Shown here: positions 1-11,711 of the stretch, in pieces | How positions within the stretch are numbered: the first letter of the stretch is position 1 | Layout of the letters: each line of letters begins with the position of its first letter | Source of the DNA: Eledone cirrhosa | Taxonomy: Eukaryota | DNA length: 64,000 nucleotides | Assembly: GCA_964016885.1 (NCBI GenBank) | Contig: OZ024740.1 | Coordinates: forward strand, 178,436,001 to 178,500,000 | Direction: 5' to 3' | Position numbers and translations under genes: made by a program | Notes under the pieces: generated by a model | The model's input: the letters and a program-made list of their open reading frames with translations, nothing else | Told to the model about the DNA's origin: nothing | Database searches by the model: none

Positions 1-336
1 GTATGTGTCTCTCTAGTTCTTCGGGGTTGCACATGCAGGACACGTTTCTCAGCACCCATACCAAATCCGCAATCAGTATGTTGATTTTGGTATTGTTCGA
101 AACAGCTGAGTTTCGGTGGATCAGATATTTGGAAGTCATGGGTTTGGCATAATGGGAATGGAGGATTTGTTTTTTGTTATTAATGGTATTTAACCAGAGC
201 TCTGTGTCTAGTACAGGTAATCGATGGTTGGGGTGTTTGCTAGGGTAGTCTATAGTAACTCTAATACTCTGGTGGATGGAGTTAGCTATTTGCTGGATGC
301 TTTCCATTGTGTTTTTCTCTAATTCCTGACTGTTCT

Positions 337-1199
337 CTAGTGGGGTGTTTTAACTACGATGTTTATATCATCAACGTAGCGGTAGTATATTATCAGGGTT
401 AAGGGATCTTCTAATTGTTCTTTAAGTTTAAGTTTAAGTCTACTGTCCCACCATACCATGAATAAGTTAGCTATGTCGCCTGCAATGCTAACACCAATGG
501 CTGCTCCTTCCTCTTGGGCATATGTTTTTCCATTAAATTTGAACATATGTTCGTTAAGGGTTAATTTTATGCTGGCCCCCACCGCATGTGCAATCATTTT
601 CTTTAGTTCATCGTGGTTTTCGGGGGTCCGTATGACTCTGGTCCACCCGTTCCGTCTCTCTGTGTGGGTTTTCTTGGCCATTGAGGTAATGGTAGGTGGT
701 CTGCCTCTTGCTGGTCTTGTAGGGCACAGGTTGCTAAGGTCATATGTGTCTAGATAATTATTACTATAGGTAAGTTTAAGTAGGAGTCCCAGCTCACTGG
801 TATCAATCCCACGGAACTCAACATTGCTCTCACTCATCATTTCTACACAATTCTCCACAGCAAAATCCACGTCAATAGATGGATACAGGGCCACAACATC
901 CATACTACCTATTATGCAGTTTGTTAAGTCCCTAGATCGGTTACTCTCGCCGATTCTGCTGAGGAGGTCCTCCGTGCTGTCACATACATCTGGGGACATT
1001 TCAGTGATGGGCGTATGATCAGAGAGAGGAAGTAGGACAGTCTGTAGTTACTAGCAATGTTAGCTCCACAGACTGGCCGTGTTGGTGGTCCCGTGACAGG
1101 GTCACTGCTCGTTTTATTGTCTTTTCGAATCCCATACAACGCTGGCACGTCATTGTTCCAGGCCTGGAAGTTGTTGGCAGTCCTCTTGTTGGGCTGCAT
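337..1199 (-). pseudogene. Penelope-type reverse transcriptase fragment
   Basis: RT motifs DVxxLYPSI, GxAIG and RYVDD are split by frameshifts. Confidence 0.88.
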
Positions 1200-1209
1200 T
1201 ATATTTGTC

Positions 1210-1392
1210 GGTGGATTGGCAGTATCGGTAGAGAGTCGGACGCCATGCTTTCCAGCATAGTTACGTCCCTTTACGATCTGAGTTCAAATCCCGCCGAGGT
1301 TGACTTTGCCTTTCATCCTTACAGGGTCGATAAAATAAAGTACCAGTAATACACTGGGTAATTGCTGGCCTTGTGCCTAAAAGTAGAAACAA
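1210..1392 (+). mobile_element. tRNA-derived SINE (octopus OK/OR-like) with TSD ATTATATTTGTC
   Basis: A-box TGGCAGTATCGG, B-box GAGTTCAAATC, central CTTTCATCCTTACRGGGTCGATAAAATAAAGTACC, tail GTAGAAACAAT; 12-bp direct repeat on both sides. Confidence 0.9.
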
Positions 1393-1522
1393 TTATATTT
1401 GTCCACATCACCATATGGGCATTGAGGTTTCTTATTGGCAACATGACCCTCCCAAAGTATAACAATATCGGTTTCAACACACGTTTTCGGATAAAGAATC
1501 TTGCTAATCAAATTCAGAAACG

Positions 1523-1653
<131 letters not shown>

Positions 1654-1751
1654 TATATGTGTGTGTGTGTTTTGTGTGTGTGTTTTTGTATAATATGTGG
1701 TGATGTAACTTTATGTATGTGTGCGTGTATATATGTGTGTATATATGTATA

Positions 1752-2320
1752 TACAACCTGTCTTATGGTCGGATCGTTGGCGACTAAACTGGCAACCCGA
1801 CCAAGCTTTCTTGGTGAGGAGGGTGACTTTGGACATCCTGAAGGACTAAAAACAAAACCTGTCAAAGGGCAAAGGAGCTCTTAAAAGTCAATGGCCATCC
1901 AGAATCACCGTGAGAGATGACCCCTTAGCCTTTGTCAAGGCAGAATTCTAGGAGAAGGAAAACTCTGATATAACACCTGCAACTCTGATGGTATCCAATG
2001 ATGTTGACTTGTTCTTCTTTTTGGTAAATATCATCTTGGTTAAGAGGGTGGGACTGGCTTTGTGCAGTGCCTTTGCTCACTATAAAAGCTTCACGGCAAG
2101 GCATTGCTTTATATCTGGAGATCTCTCTGCACTTGTCGTCACATGGTATCATGGGCCCAGCACTATGTGTCAATAATTGTCACGAGTTTAGTGTTTGTAC
2201 CAAAGTTTTCAAGTCGCTGGCTCGACTAAAAAGTCACACTCGTTCAGCGCATCGGTAGGGGTTCTCCTACATGGATATAAAGTAGTGGCCGTACTCAAAA
2301 ACGAGTTGGCAGCCACCATA
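1752..2320 (+). mobile_element. Non-autonomous RTE-derived element (UTR-like head, C2H2 zinc-finger remnant, 3' stem-loop, TA tail)
   Basis: Second copy at 35024-35633 (-). It encodes VCTKVFKSLARLKSHTRSAHR* followed by a GTGGC...GCCAC stem-loop. Confidence 0.65.
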
Positions 2321-2925
2321 TATGTATATATATATATTATTTCTGAAGACAGCATATATATGTGTAGGTATGTATATTCCCTCTGATTGTTTGTAAAACT
2401 TTTACATAGATCTATATGATATACATACTAACACACACATCCTAGAAACGATCGTAAAATGATGAATTTTTTAATATAAGGAACTGTTTCTTTGTTTTTA
2501 TTCATTGTTTTTTATGAATTTTTTCTTTCTCTCGTCTACGATTTCACAGAACTCATATTTACCGAATTCGCAGACCAGACCCCTTCTTCCTCCCGTTAGA
2601 CCTGTGCGAAATTCCTTCCTTGCTCACATTTCAACCAGGTTTGATGGTCTTTATTCTCTCGTTCACGATTTCACCGAATTTAAATTCATAGAAATCTGGG
2701 ACTTGTCTCTTTCTTCCTCACTTTCTGTTGCTTCACCATTTTGTTTGTTTACCCTCGCGTCCCCTTTATTTACGTGTCCCAACGACTTTTTTTAGCCGTT
2801 GTTCGCACCAACCGGAGGTATATGGTCTTTAAAGCGATGAAATGCCTATAATGGTTGGAAGATCACTGATGAAGGATAAACTTTTTTCATATGTAACCCA
2901 TTTGCAACTCCGCAGCGCCCTTATT

Positions 2926-2996
<71 letters not shown>

Positions 2997-3524
2997 ATGT
3001 GTGTATGTATGTGTATTATATATATATATATAATTATATACAAAGATATTACATATTTAATATCATTTTACTCCAGGAACTTGTTGAGTGCTCTAAATCA
3101 GTTATAAATATTTATATTTTTATTTATATTTGTCGTATTTACAACCCTTTGAATACTGCCTCCACTTTTTTATATATATTTTTATTTATGTGAATGTATG
3201 TATGTGCGTGCGTATGTATGTGTACATATGCGTTGTGTGTATGTATGTATATTTTTCTATATAAGTAATTATTTATATATATATGTGTGTATGTGGTTGT
3301 ATGTATTTTTTCTCATGTATATGTGTGTGTGAGTGTATTTTTTAATATATGTATATACACCTTCATTTGTATATATGTACCTATACGTGTGGTTGAGAGT
3401 ATATGCGTGCGTACGAGTGTGTATGCACGTGAGTATGTATATGTGTGTATATGTTGTGTGTGTATATATATGTATATACATATGTATGTTTATATGTATA
3501 TATGTATATATATGTATATATATA

Positions 3525-4506
3525 TATCAACTAGAAATAGATTGACATATATATATATATAAAATAAACATATGAAACAATCTCAGGAAATAATTTGTAA
3601 AGTGTGTAAGCACACATAGCGAGGTAGGTAACTAATTAAAGTTTAACTAGAACTTCAAATATAGATACCCTTTAAAATGATTAATCTCCTTTGTAAATAT
3701 TTCTTTAAGTAAGAAATATATTTCACCTATTAATCCGTAAATCACAGCAGTTAAATTCTTGGATGTTCACCAAAGGAGAAGAAGATAACCATCTACGTTT
3801 ACAAAGCAAATGTGTGCTTACATTATTTACATATTATTCCCTGTGATTGTTTCATATGTTTATTTTATATATATAAATATGTCAATCTATTTCTAGTTGA
3901 TATGTAATGCTCGGATCTAATCTTTGAGCTTATTCTACGGTGGATATGGCGCATGTCTCTCAGACATGATAACCCTTAATTTTAATTTTGGATATATATA
4001 CGGCCCATTGATTGTTGAGCTAATTCAATTTAATAGGCTCTGCTGCTATATCTGGCTGTCGATGGTCCTATTCACGCCACTGGGATGACGTTGTGCAATG
4101 TGTGTATTTTTTTTAAAAATGCAACACGTGGTTCGAGTCATTCACAGATTTGCATTTGCTTTGTAAACGTAGATGGTTATCTTCTTCTCCTTTGGTGAAC
4201 ATCCAAGAATTTAACTGCTGTGATTTACGGATTAATAGGTGAAATATATTTCTTACTTAAAGAAATATATACAAAGGAGATTAATCATTTTAAAAAGGTA
4301 TCTATATTTGAAGTTTTAGTTAAACTTTAATTAGTTACCTACCTAGCTATGTGTGCTTACATTCGTTATAAATTATTCCCTGTGATTGTTTCATATGTTT
4401 ATTTTATATATATATATATATATGTCAATCTATTTCTAGTTGATATGTAATGCTCGGATCTAATCTTTGAGCTTATTCTACGGTGGATATGGGCAAATAA
4501 TTATCT

Positions 4507-4507
<1 letters not shown>
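3525..4507 (+). mobile_element. Retrozyme-like element B: terminally redundant 543-bp unit (3811-4490) plus inverted arm (3525-3812)
   Basis: Direct repeat 3811-3950/4350-4491; arm 3525-3812 is the reverse complement of ~4154-4445; TA flanks; no ORF. Confidence 0.75.
4186..4280 (+). ncRNA. Type I hammerhead ribozyme, G3-C8 core variant
   Basis: Stem I TCTCCTTTG/CAAAGGAGA, core GTGAACA, irregular stem II 4202-4240, GAA, stem III ATATATTTCT/AGAAATATAT, AUA cleavage triplet. Second copy at 3685-3779 (-). Confidence 0.8.
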
Positions 4508-4537
<30 letters not shown>

Positions 4538-4567
4538 TAAAATAACAGATTAAAGTTTAAGCAAAGA

Positions 4568-4617
<50 letters not shown>

Positions 4618-4747
4618 ACACGCACACACAATAGATAAAACAAGAACATTCACAAGCCAAATATATATATATCAAATACAAATAATAAAATAAAGAATGA
4701 AATTCCTCTTCTCGTCTAATACGTTATGTACCTTATTATTTTTACTG

Positions 4748-4935
4748 ATTGGCAGTATTGGTAGAAAGTCAGATGCCATGCTTGGCAGCATAGAATTACG
4801 GTCCTTTACGGTCTGAGTTCAAATCCCGCTGAAGTTAACTTTGCCATTCATCCTTACGGGGTCGACAAAAGTAAGTACCCATCACGCACTGGGGTCAATC
4901 TAATCGACTTACCCCTCCCCCAAAATTGCTGGCCT
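4748..4935 (+). mobile_element. tRNA-derived SINE
   Basis: Same head and core as the 1210 copy. Confidence 0.85.
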
Positions 4936-6208
4936 TTATTTTTACAGTTCTTGTTTTCACTTCGAAATGAAACATCAAACTTTCTTTTACCATAAATCTA
5001 TAAATTTCCTTACATACTAATGTCAGAAAGTAATTTGCTTTCTTAAAATTTCAGGCGTCTCTATTGAAAAAACCAAAACCAAATTGAAACTTGTTACAAT
5101 TAATTATCTTACTTACAATGTATTTATTTATTCATTCATTTAATTATTTATTTATTTATTTGAATGGCCAATGCAGTTCACTGCTTCCTATTCAATTTTA
5201 CTCAGTGGAAGAATTGATTACCTGCATTGAAATTAACTTCGATTTTCTTCATTTTATTTCATATATTTATCTGTCAATTTTACTACTATGCTGCGAAAAT
5301 TTCAATGACATTTATTTTATTTTTGCAATAATTTGGGGCTATCATACTTCTCGTTCTATTATATGGCTCTGATAATTGCTCCCCAAAATAAGAAATCTTT
5401 TTAAACAAGAACAATGTAATCTGTACAATATAAGTTTTACGAGTTCAATTAAAATCATATATGGCGTCCGCCTTATGCGATTTTATTATAGATTTAATAG
5501 TAACAATTTCAGCATATTTAGAAAGCATCGGCAGCATAGATATGTATTTTGTTCATAAAAAAATGGTAGCAGTACAGGCATCATTGTGTGGTTAAGAGAC
5601 CATAGGCATGTCCGTGAAAAAAATATTTCACTTTAGACATGTGTTTTTAGTTTTAATTTTATTGCGTGGGCAATTACGCGAATCTCATATTATAGCCTCG
5701 AGTCAAGCAATGACATTGAAAGACGGAAACTGTGTGGAAGCTTGCCGAAGGGGACGTATATATTCTTGCTGGTAGACTTAATCTGTTGTACAGTTCATCA
5801 GCACCATCTGACCAATGCATGCTTCTAGCAGAACCCACTATGGGCCAGGTAACCGGTCTGAGAATACATTCTTCCTGCTTAGCATCAATCACGAATGCTC
5901 CTTGTCTTCGTTACCTGAGTAAGCTATTAGAAATAGATTCACCCACCGACAGCAGGTTTATCACCCCATATGCTGTGTGTCTTTTGCCATGCTTCTAACT
6001 ATTAACACCCCGTTAAGATTAAGCCTGTCTATTGCAGCCATGTCTGTTTCGTCTACCATACTTACTCTCTCTTACATATTGAAAGCCTGATTTAAAAATT
6101 TAATTCAAAGCTTTCTTTCTAAATGTCAAAAAGCAAGTCGCTACTCCACTGTGCAGTGGCAGCCAAAACTAGACCCATAAAACTAAGATCACGCACATAT
6201 GTTAAATG

Positions 6209-6266
<58 letters not shown>

Positions 6267-6523
6267 AAAGATTGTACGGGAACAAAACAGAGAGGCAGTA
6301 CGAATATATATATATACAAATGAAAGTACAACATCATATTCGAAGTTCGAGACGCAGCTAAGCCGACGAATGCCTTCAGCAGTGCAGCCAAGCACTCGAC
6401 AAGGTATAGACCTCAGTGTAATAACATACAGTTTAAGGGGCTTTGCAAATTGAAGATAGCGACCGGTAATTCAGCTGTTGGGTCCGTAGCAACGAAAGAA
6501 GTGACTCGCGAGAAAAAATACAT

Positions 6524-6686
<163 letters not shown>

Positions 6687-6754
6687 GTATATATATATAT
6701 ACATACATATATTATATATATTTAACATATTATTCACATATCGAATATATATTC

Positions 6755-7140
6755 TTTTCCATTTATCGTTTTCGGTGTGCCCGGCCGACTGAACTCACTC
6801 GATATGCAAATTAGGCTGCTCAGCCGTTAATCTGCATAAGGAAAGTATATACTTTCTGACGTTCAAGCATCTGGCAGGAAGGTATACGATGCTGACGATA
6901 GCTAATAAGCTTGAAACTAGTACATCGTTCCTGTGTCAGTGTCGAACAAAAAGGCGACGATGGTTGCCTGAACACTGTACGGCGTAATTCGGGCTGTTTG
7001 TTTACAAACAAAGCGAACATTATAATAAATGTTCGGTAAACCCATACGTACATATATATATATATGCATGTATGTATATATATATATACATACTACTGTA
7101 CGTCTGTATACATATATGAATGTACGTGTACATACATACT
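6755..7140 (+). mobile_element. Retrozyme X (~430-bp non-coding unit with canonical HHR)
   Basis: Homologous to 19900-20420 (-) and the tandem dimer at 31405-32258. Confidence 0.8.
6875..6933 (+). ncRNA. Type I hammerhead ribozyme
   Basis: CAGGA-aggtat-ACGATG CTGACGA T AGCT aata AGCT T GAA ACTAGT A CATCGT TCCTG; GUA triplet, palindromic stem III. Confidence 0.88.
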
Positions 7141-7145
7141 TACGG

Positions 7146-7186
<41 letters not shown>

Positions 7187-7319
7187 TTATTATTATTATT
7201 ATTATTATAAAGCTGAGCTTCGTGTGTATTACATATGTATGTATGTATGTATCCTACACACTTCCCTATAGTTTCTTAGCTTTAATCTCTCCGTCGCTCT
7301 TCCCTCTCTCTATAATAGA

Positions 7320-7412
7320 TCATTCCCCCTCTCTATAATTTAACTGCATTATTCTCCCTATCGCTCTTCACTCTCTATATGGAAACACTGTTTTAGTTTC
7401 CGTATCTCCCTT

Positions 7413-7509
<97 letters not shown>

Positions 7510-7699
7510 AATAGAGAGGGAGAGGGAGAGAGAGAGAGAGAGAGAGAGAGGGACCAGCAAATGACCGTCCAATGACGTTAAATCAAGTATCGGCATTAAA
7601 ATAACTCTGAAATATACAATATGTATGATCAAATGTAGCGGTGATTGAAAAATAACGTTCATTTCCGTGGTATATCTTTCATCTGTCGTCGCTCGCTTA

Positions 7700-7743
<44 letters not shown>

Positions 7744-8012
7744 ACACACACACACAAATACACATGCTTTCACATCTGATTGCGTCAATTGCCGGATAAC
7801 ATCAAAACAAAACACACACAGACACACACATGCACATACACACATGCACAAACACACATACACATACACAAAGACACACACATACATATCTATACTTTAT
7901 ATGTATGTATGCAAGATCATTCCCCCCTCTCTATAATCTAACTGCTTTACGCTCTCTGTCGCTCTTCACTCTCTATATGATAACAGTTTTAGTTTCTGTA
8001 TCTCCCTTCAAT
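7320..8012 (+). repeat. ~95-bp direct repeat (7320-7416 / 7917-8012) around microsatellites
   Basis: CATTCCCCCTCTCTATAAT...GTATCTCCCTTCAATA occurs twice. Confidence 0.6.
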
Positions 8013-8038
8013 ACACACAAACATACACACACACACAC

Positions 8039-8076
<38 letters not shown>

Positions 8077-8087
8077 ATAATCACACA

Positions 8088-8345
8088 CAAGAAGAAACTG
8101 CTGAATAACAGAATTGAACGAACATTATTCTGCCGTCACAGAACTAAAACCCTTTTTTCCCACTACAAGCCGAATATTACATAAAAGAGGGACATCCCCC
8201 AACTATATAAACCTTAATCTAGTTAGAAAAATATAAAAACAATCTCTTTTCAACATATATTAATAACCTTAAATTACCATACTAATAATGAAAAGATATG
8301 CTGATGAGAATAGGTACAAATATGCGATAATGAATGTGTCTAAAA
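8088..8345 (+). mobile_element. Decayed Penelope 3' end (GIY-YIG C-terminus plus degenerate HHR)
   Basis: Translates KKLLNNRIERTLFCRHRTK, like the LLNxRxE...CRH motif; AGATATG-CTGATGA...TGTGTCT at ~8294-8341 without an intact GAAA. Confidence 0.45.
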
Positions 8346-8503
8346 ACGTCCATAAGTATGTATATATATGTGAAAATGTATATAAATAAGTAAATATATA
8401 TATATGTTTGATGTGTATAGTTAGATGTAAGTGTATTCATGTATTAAAGTGCTTATATATATATATATATATGGGTGTGTGTGTGTATATGTGTGTATAT
8501 ATG

Positions 8504-8556
<53 letters not shown>

Positions 8557-9044
8557 GTATATGTATATATGTATATATATATGTGTATGTATGTATGTGT
8601 ATATGGATGTGTATGTATGTGTATGTGTGTACACATGGACTAGAGTATGTATGTATATATGTGTGTGTCTATACGTGTGTATATATAAAGATAAGTTGAG
8701 TATGAAAATGTATACACATGAGCGCGTATGTATGTACATGAATACATGTGTGTATATATATGTGTATGCATGTGTATATATATGTAAGTATGAATATGTG
8801 AATTGTGAGTATATGTATTTTGTAGAGGTGTGCAAATATATTTGTGTGTGAATGCGTGGGTGAAAGAATACGTACACTTGAAAGAAAAATTTAAGTCTGA
8901 ATGTTAAGTGCAAACACAAAACCAACCACGCATATCTTTACTATCTCTAATCCTTCTATAGATTTAGAAAAATAACCAATAATATATTCTATAAAAAATG
9001 TCAAAACAACAGATGGGAATCTAATTAATCACTGCCACCAAGAA

Positions 9045-9302
9045 TTCTCACTGCTATCGAAAAACCACTCCTTCAACTATTCTTCTAACAACTTCACCCC
9101 TTCCTCCTAATATTCTCTATAAAAACTAAATAGGTCCTCAGTAATATTATTCTGATGAAATGACAGTAAACAATAACATTGAAATATTGAATGTCTGCAT
9201 AACTAAAAGTTTGTAGATAGCTGTTTTAGGTTATGTAACTGTTATAGAAACACGTGTCAATAAATTCCTTTCAACTAAACTGTATCCATTCAAATCTTTC
9301 TA
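9045..9302 (+). mobile_element. Family F TA-terminated repeat (probable PLE 3' end) with HHR-like core at ~9145-9193
   Basis: Near-identical to 28897-29150 (-) and 29149-29320 (+); CTGATGA AATG..CATT GAAA, but stem I and the triplet are imperfect. Confidence 0.55.
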
Positions 9303-9609
9303 TATATATATATATATATATGTGTGTGTATATATATATAGAGAGAGAAAGAGAGAGATTTAGAGAAAGTTTATGAAAACTACACACACACATCTACAGA
9401 GAGAGAGAGAAACAGAGGGAGGGGAAAAAGAGAGAGATAGGCCGTTAGACAGAGAGACATACAATTAAAGTGTTAGTTATTCAGAGAGAGAGCGAGAGAG
9501 AGAAAGAAAGAGTCGGAAGGACGATGTGACACAGGAGGGTGTGTGGTATCTTTGCAGTGGAATGGTGGGGGCAGGTATACCTCCCGGGCACCAGCCGGAC
9601 GGGCCATGG

Positions 9610-9640
<31 letters not shown>

Positions 9641-9922
9641 ATATATATTGTTTATACTTTGGGAGGGTCATGTTGCCAATAAGAAAAACACGCACCAAGT
9701 TGCTTTCACTTCAATTTATTATATATTTATAAATTTATAAATTTACAAATCTACAAACTTATAAATTTCTGGTTGGTTGGTTGGTTCCACAACCAGATAG
9801 TTGTTTATATATAGTCATAGTCCTTTCGTCACACACTCTGTGACCTCTTCAGTGACTGGGGATTCCTTTCTTTGTTTCTGTGCCTTTCCTTTCTTCTGTC
9901 CTACGCCATTTTGTTTCTGTGT

Positions 9923-11220
9923 GTTCAAATTTAATGGAAAAACATATGCCCAAGAGGAAGGAGCAGCCATTGGTGTTAGCATTGCAGGCGACATAGCTAA
10001 CTTATTCATGGTATGGTGGGACAGTAGACTTAAACTTAAACTTAAAGAACAATTAGAAGACAGCTTAACCCTGATAATGTACTCCCGCTACGTAGATGAT
10101 ATAAACATCGTAGTTAAGACACCCCCACTAGAGAACAGTCAGGAACTAGAGAAAAACACAATGGAAAGCATCCAGCAAAATAGCAAACTCCATCCACCAC
10201 AGCATTAGAGTCACTATAGACTACCCAAGTAGACACCCCAACCATCGATTACCTGTACTAGACACAGAGCTCTGGTTAGATACCATTAACAACCAAAAAC
10301 AAATCCTCCATTCCCATTATGCCAAACCCATGACTTCCAAACATCTGATCCACCGAAACTCGGCCATTTCGGACCATACCGAAATCAACATACTGATTGC
10401 GGATTTGGTACGGGTGATGAGAAATGTGTCCCGCATATGCAACCCCGAAGAACTAGAGAGACACATACAACACTTCATCCACCGTATGCAGTTCTCTGGC
10501 TACAATCAGAGAGATAGAATCAGAGTGTATAAAGGAGCCAGAACCAAATGGGAAAAAATGGTAAATAATGACATAAATGGGACCTGCCCCTTGTATAGGA
10601 GCAAATTTGGGAATAGAATAGAAAGAACTAGGAACAAGGCCAATAAAATAAACTCATGGTATGATAGCAATAAATACCAGAGTGTAATGTTCATCAATAC
10701 AACCCCTAGAGGCGAACTAGCCTACAAATTTAGAAGGGCCCTAAATAAACATAAACTCAATATTAAGATAGTAGAAAGACCAGGTACCTCCGTAAAAACA
10801 CTTATTAGCAAGACATACCCGTTCCAAAGACCCTCATGTATAGATAAGAAATGTATAACCTGTAAAATAAGCCACCATATTAACTGTATAACTAGAAATG
10901 TAGTGTATAGCATAAGATGTACTGATGGATAATGTAGAAACAAAAATATAGTGTACATAGGTGAGACAGCTCGTAGTATAGGGGAACGGATAAATGAACA
11001 CTGGCGAGACCTTCAAGATAATAAAGAATCATCTGTACTCTACCAACATGCTAAGATAGAACACAAGGGTAAATTAGAGAACATAGAAATAAAAATAGAA
11101 TCCACACACAGAAAAGATGCAATGTTTAGGCAAATTACAGAGGCAGTAAGCATAAAAGAATTACAACCAAAATTAAATAGAAAATATGAGTGGAACAGCA
11201 ACATCACAACTTACAATTAA
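9923..11220 (+). pseudogene. PLE RT/GIY-YIG endonuclease ORF, disrupted
   Basis: Frameshift near 10177 and a premature TAA at 10930 relative to the 62687-63964 copy. Confidence 0.88.
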
Positions 11221-11424
11221 GGACAGAATGAAAACACACACACACATAGAACAAACAACCAACCAACAACATGTAAATAAATAAACAAATAGATAAATGA
11301 ACACAAACACATACAGACACTCGGATGTGGCGCATGCGCAAACTGAGCACACACCACACACACAGAAACAAAATGGCGTAGGACAGAAGAAAGGAAAGGC
11401 ACAGAAACAAAGAAAGGAATCCCC

Positions 11425-11469
11425 AGTCACTGAAGAGGTCACAGAGTGTGTGACGAAAGGACTATGACT
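11425..11469 (+). ncRNA. Minimal type I hammerhead in the Naiad-like 3' UTR
   Basis: AGTCA CTGAAGA g GTCACA gagtg TGTGAC GAA AG ga CT A TGACT. Copies at 9813-9857(-), 40700-40744(-), 41795-41838(+), ~44027-44070(-), 45287-45331(+), 62345-62389(-). Confidence 0.78.
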
Positions 11470-11711
11470 ATATATAAACAACTATCTGGTTGTGGAACCA
11501 ACCAACCAACCAGAAATTTATAAGTTTGTAGATTTGTAAATTTATAAATTTATAAATATATAATAAATTGAAGTGAAAGCAACTGGTGCGTGTTTTTCTT
11601 ATTGGCAACATGACCCTCCCAAAGTATAACAATATCGGTTTCAACACACGATTTCAGATAAAGAATCTTGCTAAACAAATTCAGAAACGAAATATATATA
11701 TATATATATAT

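Larger units (their letters stand above)
9648..11695 (+). mobile_element. Naiad-like PLE, 5'-truncated (RT C-half + GIY-YIG + 3' UTR), with inverted terminal arm 9648-9922
   Basis: ORF pieces 9923-11220 show YSRYVDD, YAKPMTS, RMQFSGY, CxxxxCxxC and VVYSIRC...YIGETAR..ER..EH; TA tracts on both sides. Confidence 0.92.

Noticed and set aside
1210-1295. tRNA genes
   Set aside because: The A/B boxes belong to SINE heads; no intact cloverleaf.
2860-2900. CTGATGA cores at 2866, 45611 and 57635
   Set aside because: No stem II/GAAA/NUH in register.
5765-6090. Coding-like block between TA runs
   Set aside because: No recognisable motif, stops in the plausible frames, single copy in the window.
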